In this document: positions 37,210 through 49,489 of the stretch, piece by piece
Layout: every line of letters starts with the position of its first letter
How positions within the stretch are numbered: the first letter of the stretch is position 1
Assembly: GCF_964204645.1 (NCBI RefSeq)
Contig: NC_134030.1
Span: forward strand, 19,490,210-19,554,209
DNA length: 64,000 nt
Reading direction: 5' to 3'
Origin: Tubulanus polymorphus
Taxonomy: Eukaryota; Animalia; Nemertea
The notes under the pieces: model-generated
What the model saw: only the letters and a program-made list of their open reading frames with translations
Database searches by the model: none
What the model was told of the DNA's origin: nothing
Translations under genes and position numbers: made by a program

Positions 37210-40184
37210 ATGCTCGCGAAAATCGTTCTCTTGTTGGTAATATTAAACAGTAAGTATTGAATATGTGATATTTGATTTCGTACAGTGATAGTAAAAGCGT
37301 AAGTGTTTTTTCAGATCAAAGGTCGAAAGGTCGAGCCCACTCTCCCTTTCAACCTTTAATCTGAAAAAACACTTAACATATTACTCTAATAATTTCATAT
37401 AAATGAACATTATTTATATGGAAATCATTGATTTCGAATAAAAGTATGAGTAAAGTGTGAGATTCATATGATATTCATATAAATGAACATTATTTATATA
37501 GATTTCGAATAAAAAAAATATGTAAAATAAATGGACAATTAAAAAGTAACGAGTTTATTAACGAGTTGAAGAAAATATAAATTTTAATGAAAGAAGTATT
37601 GATAAATGAATGAACAGATACTACCGTTCAAAGATATCGATTTACATGACTTAGAAAAATATTTTACAATTAACAATTTTATTCCTATTCGAAATTTGAT
37701 TAAAACTACACGTTTTCATTTTCAAGTGAATAACATGATTGAATTAATATTTGAAAATCATTATCTAATAATAGAGTTATCTAATGAAAAAGATAAAATC
37801 TTATTCAATATAATAATTCCAAATTCACAACATTTGATGAAATACATAAACATTTAATAATTACAGATAAAATACAATCACTTTTTAATAATGAAAATTC
37901 ACATAAAACATTATTTTTACACTTACGTTATCGTCCGTTGAGGGAATGCTATGTAATGTTTTTCAGAGTAGAAGAAAAAAGGTTCATCCTTGACAATCCA
38001 AATGAAAAATCTTTCAAAGATGATTTTTCGCTCGACGTTTCGACCTTTGATCTGAAAAAAACACTTACCCTATTGTAACTAGTGTTGTACCAATGCTTTA
38101 TTTTTGTTATGGTTTTGCGAATATGCGATGTAAAACTGGTTAATACGATTAAAACATTTACTGCATCTGTAAGACAAATAAAAGCACAACGAAGAGAATT
38201 TAGCAAAAAAAGTGTAAATTGATGGATTTAAAAAAAATAAATGACAACCCAACGACCGATTGAAGTCTGCTGCTCATTGGTGCTCGAAAGTATCTTTGAA
38301 GTTCAATCCAGCTTTCATTCGGTGTCGACATCGTGAAATAATCATATTAGGACAAAAAGAATAGTTAAACTTATTTCTTATTTTTTTGCTGACCGTAAAG
38401 GTTGATGCGACTGGCCGCCTTTATACTGTACATCACTTTCTAAAACTATGATTAAGCTAACAATAACCGGTCCATCAGTTATAGAAATGTTATTTGATTA
38501 CGAGTTCCATTGCAACGCAAGTGACCGCAAAACGATGAATAATATCTAGCCTAAAATAGAATATTTCATTTAGATATACATGCCAGTAGATTCGTTAAGG
38601 TTGGCGATCCCACAGAAGATATTGGAACTGGAGGTGGACTGGGAGCAAATTTGATGTATAATGTGACATTTCCTGCTGATGGTACAGTATACGGTTGGGA
38701 GTTCTACGTAACACGTGTCGCCCCCTGTCGGACGTGGATAACGATTTGGAGAAAATCAGATATAGATGAGCTGAACGTGACACTTGTCGCTAAAACACGT
38801 TTACAACACGCTGATCGAGGTTTACAAACTTTAATATACAACGCTACTGACAGAATAAAGGTATCTAAGATAGGGCTTTCTTTTCGCTACCGATAGATCA
38901 TTGAAAACGTAGGCGTGGCAATTTGATACTGTTAAGAGTTTGTGAGAAAATAACTTTAGAAAACCATTCAAAACTCGCTATTGATCCTTATTTATAGGAA
39001 ACATGATCATCAATTTTCAGGTAAAAGCCGGCGATTTCTTGGGAATCGCCCACAAGGTGCCCGACCCTGAGAATCAAGGACACTGCATTGCAAACAAAGC
39101 TTTCGGAAATCTTTCGAATCCATGCACCCACGTTGTGAATTGCGAAACTTTTGATATTTATTCACAGTCGATTGGATGGACGAAGACGGTGTTACGAAAC
39201 CGATTTTTGTGTCGACAATATTCAATAGCTGCATTGTATATACCGATCGATGGTAAGTCAGATGATTATTAAGAGATATAGGAAATTTTAGGAAATTACA
39301 AACTGTTGAAATTGAGGAATTAAACTCAATTTTAATGATTATCAATATCTTCCAAATTTTCAAATACAGGATGCACTACGGAACACGTTTGACATATATG
39401 ATCATATTGGTTTGTGTTTATGATTCTCAATAGCGCTACAACATGTAAATTCGTTTTCGATAATAAATTATGCATTATGAAGTGGCTGTCATCTGTACTC
39501 GATGGTCACCGTGCGCCTACGCGAGTCCGATGTTGAAATTTCACCGAGTGGGTTCGAGTTCGGCTGCTGGTTGCGAGCAACACTTCAAAGGCCGTACTCT
39601 CGTTGTTAGGTTATGAACAATCCTGTGATCCAAATGAACGCATGCAAATTAAAACCAACATACAATCCCGGACGAACGCGAAATGTAGGATTCGACCCCA
39701 AAAGCAGTGCTGGAAACCCTTTTTACCCCTGAGCCATCGCTGTCGGATACTACAGCTTCCCTTTATACTACTTAAAGCCTCACTCTTATCCCAACCCTCA
39801 TAACGTTCCTGAACCCTATACTATTCTCCCTAAATCATAATTTGTAAGGTTCAAAAGCCTTCATTTCTATTGTTCTTGTTGAAAACTATTCTTTGGCCTT
39901 AATCCTGACCATGTGATGTTGTTTGAATGATATTGGAATCACTTTCAGATTATCGATCACCAGCGCTGTATGCCGAATATGAATACACTACGGCTTCAAA
40001 CGATGTGATTGAAACGGCTGCTGGACACAGTTTGTTGACGTGCGCCGCCTGGTGTGCCAGATCGCAGCTGTGTATGTGGTATCAACATTTCGACGCGCAG
40101 AAAATATGTCAACTGTTCAACAGAAAAGCACCGCGACCTGAACGAGCATCATGCGATTCCAAGGGATGGAAGGCTTATGGATGA
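37210..40184 (+). CDS. Secreted unnamed-domain + PAN protein; paralog 3
   Basis: Exons 37210-37249 (MLAKIVLLLVILN), 38574-38860, 39021-39252 and 39949-40184. GT-AG, phases 1,0,1. Confidence 0.9.
37291..38077 (+). mobile_element. Unclassified hairpin-ended AT-rich insertion (element A) in intron 1 of paralog 3
   Basis: Left hairpin 37291-37385. Right end 38030-38075 is the reverse complement of the left arm. Internal ORF 37606-37857 is homologous to ORF 46679. Absent from the corresponding intron of the other paralogs. Confidence 0.75.
37606..37857 (+). CDS. Unknown element-encoded protein (probably truncated)
   Basis: YFTINNFIPIRNL...IELIFENHYLIIELSNEKDKILFN aligns with LFNIKNYISATNL...INQILSNEAYLIIELIDNGIKNPNIFN of ORF 46679. 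Confidence 0.5.
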   Translation: MNEQILPFKDIDLHDLEKYFTINNFIPIRNLIKTTRFHFQVNNMIELIFENHYLIIELSNEKDKILFNIIIPNSQHLMKYINI

Positions 40185-40639
40185 AATGATAGCTTACAAA
40201 CACTTATGTTAACGGAACCCCGGAGGTGGCATGGTGAAAAATAGATGATATTTTATGTTCTTTTATCGTGGGGAGGAATCTTTTTCTAGCCGCCATCTTG
40301 TTAGGGAACTTTTTTTGTCATTTTTTGGATAATTTTTCCAACCATTTTTAATGCATGTTTTATCATATTTCATCGATCCATATACATTGATGTTTAACAA
40401 ATTTAGCAACATTTAAACCATATCATTCGCTATTTTTCATATTTCTCGCGGAATCCGGCTAAAGCCGACGGGATTTTTGAAAAAATTTTGGGGAGAAAAA
40501 TCGCAAAAAAAATTCGGCGCAATTTCGAGAATTATTTTCTTTATTTCAATGTACACCGAAATGTTTTTTAAAGAGTAAAATCAACGGCGCTTTCAATCAA
40601 AACCCGCGGGTCTTTACCACGCGTCTTTAACAATGTAAT

Positions 40640-40805
40640 ACCCATACCTGTATTAAGGAAGTGCATTGCCCCACGATCTGAAGGAGGCATCGATCCAATC
40701 TATGTCGAAGGTAACACTGTCTGATCCTGGCCCACGAGGTGACAGTAAACCGGGGGATCGAACCCGGGTCCCGTACGTATAGAAAGCAAGCTTGTTAACC
40801 GGTTG
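40640..40805 (-). mobile_element. tRNA-derived SINE (family 3)
   Basis: Reverse strand GGTTAACAAGCTTGCTTTC..GACCCGGGTTCGATCCCCCGG. Related head at 42027-42075 (+). Confidence 0.55.
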
Positions 40806-41665
40806 CGAGTTTGTATGTATGCATAGAGACATATTGTTAAACTTACCGACTGAATTACGAGTTCATGTCTACTTCAACATGACTTCGGAGCACGTCAAGT
40901 GGCCTAGCTCGGTCAGTTTTGGTGGTACATCCCTGATAAAAGTGTTATTAGGAGCAGAAAGCGCTGGCAGTTGACTTAAAACATCGTTTTTTAATCCATT
41001 TTACACAGTATGAAAGGACAGCAAAAAAGCCTTCATTGAAAAACGATGTTTAAGTTCAATTTCGTTTGCATCACCAAAATAACATTATGACCTCAATAAA
41101 AACAAACCGCCCAGCTGTGATTAAATGATTATTATAGATACTATCCGAACCCATCGATTAATTACAGGCATTTTCGATACGGTTATTTAAACCAAATAAA
41201 AGAAAAAGAAATAGATTTTGGGGCTCACTTTTCAGTCCGATTTCATTTCGGAGGAAATTTTTCTGGGTATCCCGATCAAATTGAACACTTATTCTTTCAT
41301 TCAAGCGACCGAAGCGATTATCCCCCGTACACAAATCTAAATTCAGATACCCGTGATTATTGTCATGATACGTTGTAGTTCGTTTAGTGTTCAGTTAAAC
41401 CTATCAGCTTGAAACTTTTTATGTACTCCGTCGTGCTCTTTCTCTAGCAGATAAACACTGGCAAAAACTGTAACACGTCGATAATCATTCATTATTAAGC
41501 AGCGTTTTCGTCTATTTTCCTGCTGTTATGACATTTTCGATATTGAGGAAAAACCTCGTCAAAAATCGTCTATCCACGAATCGTTACAATTTGTTCCCAT
41601 TGTGACTTTGCGTGCGTGTGTTCCGCGTACAGGACAAGCTGTGTAACAACTGGCCCAGTGAACTA

Positions 41666-41994
41666 CTCTCTCTCCGGCAGGGATTCTAACCCGATGGCAT
41701 CGAGATTGCCACGGTACGAAACCCTGCCACACTAGACCGAGTGCGCAGCTTAGATGATGTCATTATCAGCCAATCAGAAATCCCGTTTTATTTTAGCCCG
41801 GGTTTTCCCATTGATAGTTCTCCCGTGAAATCTACCTCGGCGATCATACAACAAACAATTTGATTGGTGCCGCAAGTTTTCGTGCGGCAAAGCTGAGCAT
41901 GTGTACCTGCGCACCCGGTCTACTGTGACAGGGGTTCGTACCGTGGCTGAGTGTAGCGATGTCATCAGGTTCGAATCCCTGCCGAGGGAGGATG
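41666..41994. mobile_element. Third tRNA-TIR MITE copy with 8-9-bp TSD
   Basis: Same arms as 24672-24982. Flanked by AGTGAACT(A/T) at 41657-41665 and 41995-42003. Confidence 0.85.
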
Positions 41995-42790
41995 AGTGAA
42001 CTTGTTTTTAAGTTTTTACATTGTTTTGGTCTACTGGTTAGCGCGCTTGCTTTCTTGTACATGCGAGACCCAGTCTCCTATATGATATTATATCTTATTA
42101 CTATAATTATTATAATACAAATTGATATTATTATATGATATTATATAATGTAATGTAATGTACGGTACAATATAATATAAAGTTGTATTACCACAATTGT
42201 TTTCTTTGATAGCAAAGTGTGATTTTCGGTTATGGTCGTGGCTAAGACTTAAAACCGGATTAAGATCATTTCAGTTCTATAGTCAATCTAAAAACTTAAA
42301 ACCGATCTTAACATTTAAGACCATTTTTGGGAGTTAAGACTCGACGATGCGACCGGCCCCAGTTTTAATTGTTGGTGAAATGCTGAATCCCTGATGAATC
42401 CCTGATTCGGTTTTGAAATGAAGAATAAATGCCATTGAATCCGGTTTTATAGATCAATTAGTTTCAGACTCGTCTTCACGTTTCGTCTGATTTTGATTCT
42501 ACGGTTTATTACGATCCCCGTGTTAAAGTTGATACCAGTCAACAAAACTGGGCCCGAGTCATTTTGATTCACCGATGCGCGAGCTGTTAACTATATATAG
42601 CTTTAGGTAGGCCTACCAATAAATTTGTTTTCACCGGACGACGCATCAGGTTCGCTGAGGTTCATAAGCTAAAACTGATAGCTCTAATTAAGATTAATTA
42701 GCATATGACGGTTGTGTGATGAATTGAATCCTGAAATAGAGACCGGGAATTCCAGTTTAAAAAAAAGATATTTTTTCATCTATATATATA

Positions 42791-42964
42791 CAGTCAACCC
42801 CGGGTATACCGCCCACATTGGCGGAGAACGATTTGGCGGTATAGAGAGTATGGCGGTATATCGGGGGTGTTTTACTATGTATTTGTATAGAGATGTACAT
42901 TGAGAGAGACTGGCGGTAGGCGGGGTGCCAGTTTATGGGAGTGCGGTATATCGAGGGTTGACTG
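42791..42964. mobile_element. Tc1/mariner(pogo)-type MITE
   Basis: TA|CAGTCAACCCC...GAGGGTTGACTG|TA, i.e. TIRs with TA duplication. Confidence 0.85.
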
Positions 42965-43220
42965 TAGTTGTACATTAGGTAAATTTGATGTCAATGATCT
43001 TTTCGTTGCTGATCTATTTCGTATATACGAACGCTGAATTCCAGTATCACGAAAAAAATATCCGATTCAATTTGTTAACTAACTAACGTTTTTAATGTTT
43101 TATTCAGTGAACAATACCGCAGTCATTGGTTACGAAAAAAAACTGAATATTGATTAGGAAGAATATGTAAGCGGAGAGAGCTCTGAACCAGTCGCTATTC
43201 GTACTGTTTTTAGTGACACG

Positions 43221-46042
43221 ATGAAAAGAAAATTGGTGTGGATATTCTGTGTATTTTTCTCGTTGTATCATTTCGGATCCAGTAAGTAACGATATATCGA
43301 TTGATCGATACGTATAGTGTCGTGTAATTGATTAATCTTCGTAACACAATGACGTGGCAAAAAGGTAACGCGTATTTATTTATGTCGAATCCGACATTAG
43401 TAATTAGAATATCAAATGATCGACTAGATGCAAGTAGTCATCCTCGGGGTTTGTTGACTCAATGTGGTACCCGCAAAACCAGCTATCCCGTCAGATGGCG
43501 TGACGAGCATTAGGTCGTCCGTTGACAAATAGTTCACTTTCACTGAACTCTGAACATGATTTTTAGACTCCCAAATCCATGTATTATAACAACACCCCCA
43601 AATTGGATTTCGGTTTAGTTTTCTTAAGTTATTGATTCTTTTAAGAGAAAAGTTCATTTAGATTTAATTGAAATTGAATGCAGACGACCAACTATCTACT
43701 AGCGAACCTGGCGGATCCTCGCCTGCCATACGTGGAATCCTCGATTTCCACATTAGCACTGCGTATACCTAATTGTAAATGAATTAAGTTAGCCCCTGGG
43801 TTAAAGTTAATACCGGTCTTTAAAGCCGGTTTCTGGTGTTTTATCGAACCTGATGTGGCCCTCTGAGCCAATTTCTCCAAATATGTTTCAATTCAGAGGA
43901 AAAACCGCATTTGCACCGTAATCATTGACCAGCTATTGTATGCTAAGTGTTTTGTGTTTTTGTGTATAAATTGTTTGTGTGTAATTATATAATACAGTAA
44001 ACTTCGGGTAATAACTTCGTCGGATTTTAGCGTAGATTCGTATCATTTCTTAAGTCCCGATATTTAGGATATATGAACAACAAAAATTAGATTTGATGTC
44101 GAGTTATTATCTCGACATTAATTTAGATTTTTTTTTTGCTTTTTTGTGTTTATGTTGCGATGATTACTCGACATACAATCGGGAAAACTATCAATCATAA
44201 ATGAATTGATTATGTCGAGATAATAACTCGACATAAAATCACACTTTTATTTTCATTAATGATGTCCCCAGGACTCATTCGTTGGCATCGTCACATGGGG
44301 CGTGGTGCCGAGATCCTATGGATTTGGGCGTGGTCACCGCATGGGTGACTGGCCCACTCACCACATTTATCGCTAGATGGCGAACTAGTCGAACGTGGTT
44401 GCTCAAACTTCACTGGCATTTAAACGAGCTGTCTAACAGTCGTTGAAATGTCCAAACACTAATAGGTCGCGAATTATTTGGAAGTTAGTTTTTCTTTAAA
44501 AAAAATTATTTTTCTCTCCCTCCAAATAGGATGCTTACATTCGTATACGGCAAATTCCTCATTAAAGACATCTTTCAACCGTATTTTGGATATAACGTAT
44601 ATTTCATCTGGTCGCGAGTGTACTTAATACTGGAATTTAGTTCAAGTCATTGGTCAATGCAAATTTCAAAATTAATTGTCAAATTGTATATTGTTATTCT
44701 CTAGCGCGCAGTGATTCGTGCGCATGGCCGTGAATAAATTAATTCACATAATTATTTTCGTTTGAGGGGAAATTGATCAAATATCATTCATCACTTTCAC
44801 GTTCAAAGAAAAAGTAACATTCTATAGATATCTTCTATCGAGTCAGATTAGAACATTAGACATCTTATTTTCATACTAACTGTGTAGACTAAAAAATGAT
44901 ACAATTTCATAGTTAGGTAATTGTGCAATATTTGTGTCAATGAATCATCGTCGACTAATCATTTATCTTCTGCATTAAGATGAAGTTAAAGTGACCATGT
45001 ATTGCGGTTCTGTCGGATACGACAAAACATCGGATGCAATATTCACGGTCGTAAAAGGAACAACTCAAGATTGTCCGGAATTCAAATTGTTCTCATCGGT
45101 ACCGGGAAACAGGTATATATACAGATACTACGGTTTCGAGATATCTTATCCTTTCCTGGACTAGTTGGGTTAAATTGATATTTTCAGGGCTAGTACGGCT
45201 ACAATACCAAACTGTAACCCGGGACGTCTTCGTTATGTTGAGTTCTACAATAAAGTGATAGACGGTTCTAACTATGTGAAGGTACAGTTCAAATATTATT
45301 AGACCAGAAAACAGATTTCTGTCAAGGCCTTTTTTTATTTACTTGGAGTCGAGTACGGATACGCCTCCCGGGAAAAAATAACATCACACTAAGAATTCAC
45401 TCTTAAGTCGTTCTTTTTTCTGAGATTCCATATCAGATTTATTTGAATATTAAATATTCGTCGTATAAAACTTTTTTAGAGATGAACCATTGTTTTCATT
45501 TTCAAATTTTCCTTTGATCTGTTCTACCTTCAATAAAGGATAAACAAAGTATATATACTGTTACAGGTAGTTATCGTTGCGGATGGCATCGAGTATGTGT
45601 TCAACAGTATTTCAGGAAAGTTTGGTATCGATGATTGGCTTATCCTGAGATTAGGATCAGACTTCACTCATTCATGTAAGTATAGAACCGATTAATTTAT
45701 GCTAATTTGTAAATCTAAGACATTTTTCATTCAGATTGTCTTTTCTTTTTGATACGTTTATTGATAACAGATTATAGTGTTGCCGATGCGAGCTTCGAGA
45801 AGGTGACCGATGCTGCACTCGGACCGCTTGTGAACTCTGTAAAGTCTAGAAGTGTATTGAAATGTTCCAATCACTGCCTTAATGAAATACAATGCGAAGC
45901 TTACATTGAAAATAAATTCAATCAAGTGTGCAATATGTATAAATTGCTGCATACAAGCAGCTCAACTGTTAATTCTACATACTACAAACTCACGCAAGTC
46001 AAAGCTAATGTCTTATCTAACTATTTGTATAAGTACAATTGA
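43221..46042 (+). CDS. Secreted PLAT/LH2-like + PAN/Apple protein (~222 aa), 5 exons
   Basis: Exons 43221-43281 (MKRKLVWIFCVFFSLYHFGS), 44980-45112 (EVKVTMYCGSVGYDKTSDAIFTVVKGTT..), 45188-45281 (..NPGRLRYVEFYNK..), 45567-45675 (VVIVADGIEYVF..DDW..) and 45771-46042 (SRSVLKCSNHCLNEIQC..QVCNMY). Phases 1,2,0,1 are all consistent. The PLAT assignment is by motif resemblance only. Confidence 0.85.
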
Positions 46043-46061
46043 ATCTCCATAATTGAAAATA

Positions 46062-46200
46062 CAGTCAACCCCCGATGTACCGCCCTCCCATTTACCGCCA
46101 CCCTCGCCTACTGCTCGGTTTTCTCAATATACATCTCTATACAAATACATAGTAAAACACCCCCGATATACCACCCTCCCATTTACCGCCATCCCCGCCA
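46062..46200 (-). mobile_element. Truncated second copy of the 42791-42964 MITE, cut by element B
   Basis: TA|CAGTCAACCCCCGATGTACC...CATCTCTATACAAATACATAGTAAAACACCCCCGATATACC is the reverse complement of the first copy. Ends abruptly at the hairpin. Confidence 0.8.
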
Positions 46201-46430
46201 GTAATAGGGATAATAGGGGTTCAGGCCAAAGGTCGAAGGGTCGAGCTCGTAAAAAATGAAAAATAAATTCTCGCACGCTCTAATTTATTTTTCATTTTTT
46301 ACTCACTCGCCCCTTCAACCTTTAACCTGAACCCCTATTATCCCTATTACTCTTAAAACATTCATATATATGAATCACATATACATGAATAACTTCTAAA
46401 ATCAATTTTAATAAAAAAATTAATATCAAA

Positions 46431-47245
46431 ATGGGAGCAAATAAGAAGTACTACTGTCAAACATGTAGAATTAATATAGATAAATCCCAAAAAGCAAGAC
46501 ACGATAAAACTAGAACACATTTAGAAAATAAATTAAATATAAAGATGATATATAAGAAACTAAATTAGATGAATTAAAGAATGATAAAGAAACATACAAA
46601 TGTGATACACGTAATCAATCATTCGGTGATAAAATATATTATAAAGAACATTTAAAATCTAAACGTCGTATTAGAAATATGAATAATGATAACTTATTTT
46701 CATTATTTAACATTAAAAATTATATCTCAGCAACAAATTTAGTGTATGGAAGACAATATAAAATTGATATTATTTCTATAATCAATCAAATATTATCAAA
46801 TGAAGCATATTTAATTATTGAACTGATAGATAATGGAATCAAAAATCCTAACATATTTAATACAGTTTTAAATCTTAAAGAAACTTTAGATGAAAAAATT
46901 ATAAATATTCTTGAAACTCCTTTCAATGAAAGAAATGATGATTTAATACTTTCTAGAGGTTACAATAATTTGATTAACTTAAGAATTGAAAAAAGACAAT
47001 TATATTATTTAAATTTTGATGATAAACCAATTATCTATAATGAAAATTCATCAAATATTGGTATTCAATGTGAATTAGATGATGAAAAATCATTTAAAGA
47101 TGTTGGAACTCAATGTAACTTAGATAATGAATTAGAAAATTCAATCCTAATGAGAAAGTGTATTGTTATTGTGGAGGCAAATATTTAAGATCACATAAAT
47201 CAAAACATTATCAAACAGTTGAACATATCGAATATGAAAATCATG
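46431..47245 (+). pseudogene. Frameshifted multi-zinc-finger ORF of element B
   Basis: YYCQTC..ARHDKTRTH; (frameshift) YKCDT[R]NQSF..KEHLKSK; the shared YLIIEL domain (ORF 46679-47188); (frameshift) EKVYCYCGGKYLRSHKSKHYQT. Confidence 0.65.
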
Positions 47246-47267
47246 AGAAATATATATTGATTTCATT

Positions 47268-49310
47268 ATGTCGCATTTAAATTTAATCATAAATAATGTA
47301 TCCCCACTAATAGAAGTTAAGAAGAAAGTTCATATTTACGAACCATGGATGTCTAAATCAATTTCAAAATGCTCTAAGAAATGCGATCAACTTTATAAAA
47401 AAGTATTGAATCTGGACAAATCTGACCAACGTTATAAAAACTATATTCTTTACAGAAATAATTTAAATTACATTAAAAGGCGTCAAAAGAAATCGTACTA
47501 TGCAAACAAAATTGTATTATTTTCCAATAATAGTCGCAAATTATGGCAATTTTTGAAGCAATCCACAGGTAAATTAAATGACAAATCGGGGATCCCTAAT
47601 AAATTCATCATCGATAATAAACTTGTTGAGGAACCTAAATCAATAAGCCAACAATTTTGTAACTTCTTTTCTTCGATTGGTAGCTCTTATGCAAACAAAT
47701 GTCCAAGTTCTAAAAACAATTTTACAACTTACATGGGGGCAAGGAATGCCCACTCAATCTTTTTAAATCCAACCAACAAGGAGGAAATCTTGAGGATTAT
47801 CAACAACCTAGCCCCAAAAAAGACCACTGGTGGTAATGACTTACTGAATAATAGAATGCTTAAACTAATTATATCCAATATTATCGATCCTCTGACAATT
47901 CTCTGCAATAAATCCCTTCAGGATGGTATATTTCCAGATAGTATGAAAATTTCTCAGGTAATTCCTATATATAAAAATGGAAACAAACAGCTCCTTAATA
48001 ACTACCGACCAATATCTTTACTTCCGGTCATGTCGAAAATACTAGAAAAATTAGTTCACAATAGACTTTATAAATTTCTATGCAAACATAACATACTGAA
48101 TAACAGCCAATATGGATTTAGACCAAAACACTCTACTACTCACGCAATCACAGAATTTACAGGCTCTATACTACAAAATCTTGAAAAGGGGGATCACTCC
48201 CTTGGCCTCTTTCTGGACTTATCTAAGGCTTTTGACTCCCTCGATATCAACAAATTATTATTTAAATTATCCCACTATGGTATTCGAGGTCATGCCTATA
48301 ATTGGTTCAAATCATATTTATGCAATCGTAAAATATTTGTTAAATTCAATAATGCCTACTCTTCCTATAATACCGTTTCATTTGGTGTCCCACAGGGATC
48401 GGTCCTTGGGCCCTTACTTTTTCTTATTTATGTCAATGATCTTAATCACAACCTCTGCTACACTAAAGCTGTTTCCTTTGCAGATGATACTAACTTACTT
48501 ATTTCCAACAAACATATGAATTTACTATTGCATAATGCTAAAATTGATCTCAATATTATCATTGACTGGTTTAACTCAAATAAACTCACTCTTAACATAG
48601 ATAAGACTAAGTGCTTACTTTTTTCAAAAGATAAAACCATTGACAAATCATTATACAAAATAGTATTTGGAAAACACTCTCTTGAAATAGTAAACTCTAC
48701 TAAATTTCTTGGTTTGCTAATTGATGATCGTCTAAATTGGGAACCTCATGTAAAACAATTAATTAACAAATTAAACAAAAATTTATATCTTTTAAGAAGC
48801 TTAAAAAATCTCATTCCCTGCTGGACTAAAAAACTGTTATATATAAGCTATATCCAAAGTCACCTAACGTATGCACTTATTGCGTGGGGGCCAATGTTAT
48901 CATCTAGTCAATCCAAAAGTCTCTTTACTATTCAGAAAAAAGCACTAAGACTCATCGAAAACTCAGCTTATAACGCCCCAACAGGTCCTATTTTCAAAAA
49001 ATATAAAATACTCAAATTCCATGATCTGATTCAACTGGAAATTATCAAATTAGGATTTCAATACACTCATAACTCCCTCCCAACTCCACTGCTAAATTTA
49101 TTTCATCATAATTTTAACTTCCACTCCCACAATACCAGACAGTTTAACTATGCGAGAGCTGCTTTCCATAAATCCAAATTATACAGTAAATCCTTCTTAG
49201 CTCAGATGCCTAGTATTTGGCGAAATACTCCGAATGTTATCCGTTCATCCACCAGCATAAATTCACTATCATTCCAATTTAAAAAACAAATATTACTGAA
49301 ATACGCGTAA
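47268..49310 (+). CDS. LINE ORF2 reverse transcriptase (endonuclease domain missing)
   Basis: NYRPISLL, QYGFR, FLDLSKAFD, GVPQGSVLGPLLFLIYVND, FADDT and KFLG motifs. 680 aa uninterrupted. Confidence 0.95.
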   Translation: MSHLNLIINNVSPLIEVKKKVHIYEPWMSKSISKCSKKCDQLYKKVLNLDKSDQRYKNYILYRNNLNYIKRRQKKSYYANKIVLFSNNSRKLWQFLKQSTGKLNDKSGIPNKFIIDNKLVEEPKSISQQFCNFFSSIGSSYANKCPSSKNNFTTYMGARNAHSIFLNPTNKEEILRIINNLAPKKTTGGNDLLNNRMLKLIISNIIDPLTILCNKSLQDGIFPDSMKISQVIPIYKNGNKQLLNNYRPISLLPVMSKILEKLVHNRLYKFLCKHNILNNSQYGFRPKHSTTHAITEFTGSILQNLEKGDHSLGLFLDLSKAFDSLDINKLLFKLSHYGIRGHAYNWFKSYLCNRKIFVKFNNAYSSYNTVSFGVPQGSVLGPLLFLIYVNDLNHNLCYTKAVSFADDTNLLISNKHMNLLLHNAKIDLNIIIDWFNSNKLTLNIDKTKCLLFSKDKTIDKSLYKIVFGKHSLEIVNSTKFLGLLIDDRLNWEPHVKQLINKLNKNLYLLRSLKNLIPCWTKKLLYISYIQSHLTYALIAWGPMLSSSQSKSLFTIQKKALRLIENSAYNAPTGPIFKKYKILKFHDLIQLEIIKLGFQYTHNSLPTPLLNLFHHNFNFHSHNTRQFNYARAAFHKSKLYSKSFLAQMPSIWRNTPNVIRSSTSINSLSFQFKKQILLKYA

Positions 49311-49445
49311 TTATTCATCTCCCGTTGAGGAAAAACTTGGTATGTGTTTAGTCTTAACTAAACTTGACTAGACTGCTATACTAGACTATCTATCTTTGTA
49401 ATCATTATTATCTGTGGCATTTGCTTCCTCCATATTTGTAATCAA

Positions 49446-49446
<1 letters not shown>

Positions 49447-49489
<43 letters not shown>

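Noticed and set aside
46205-46222. Resemblance to the I-SceI site (TAGGGATAA...)
   Set aside because: Only a partial match, and part of the natural hairpin stem.
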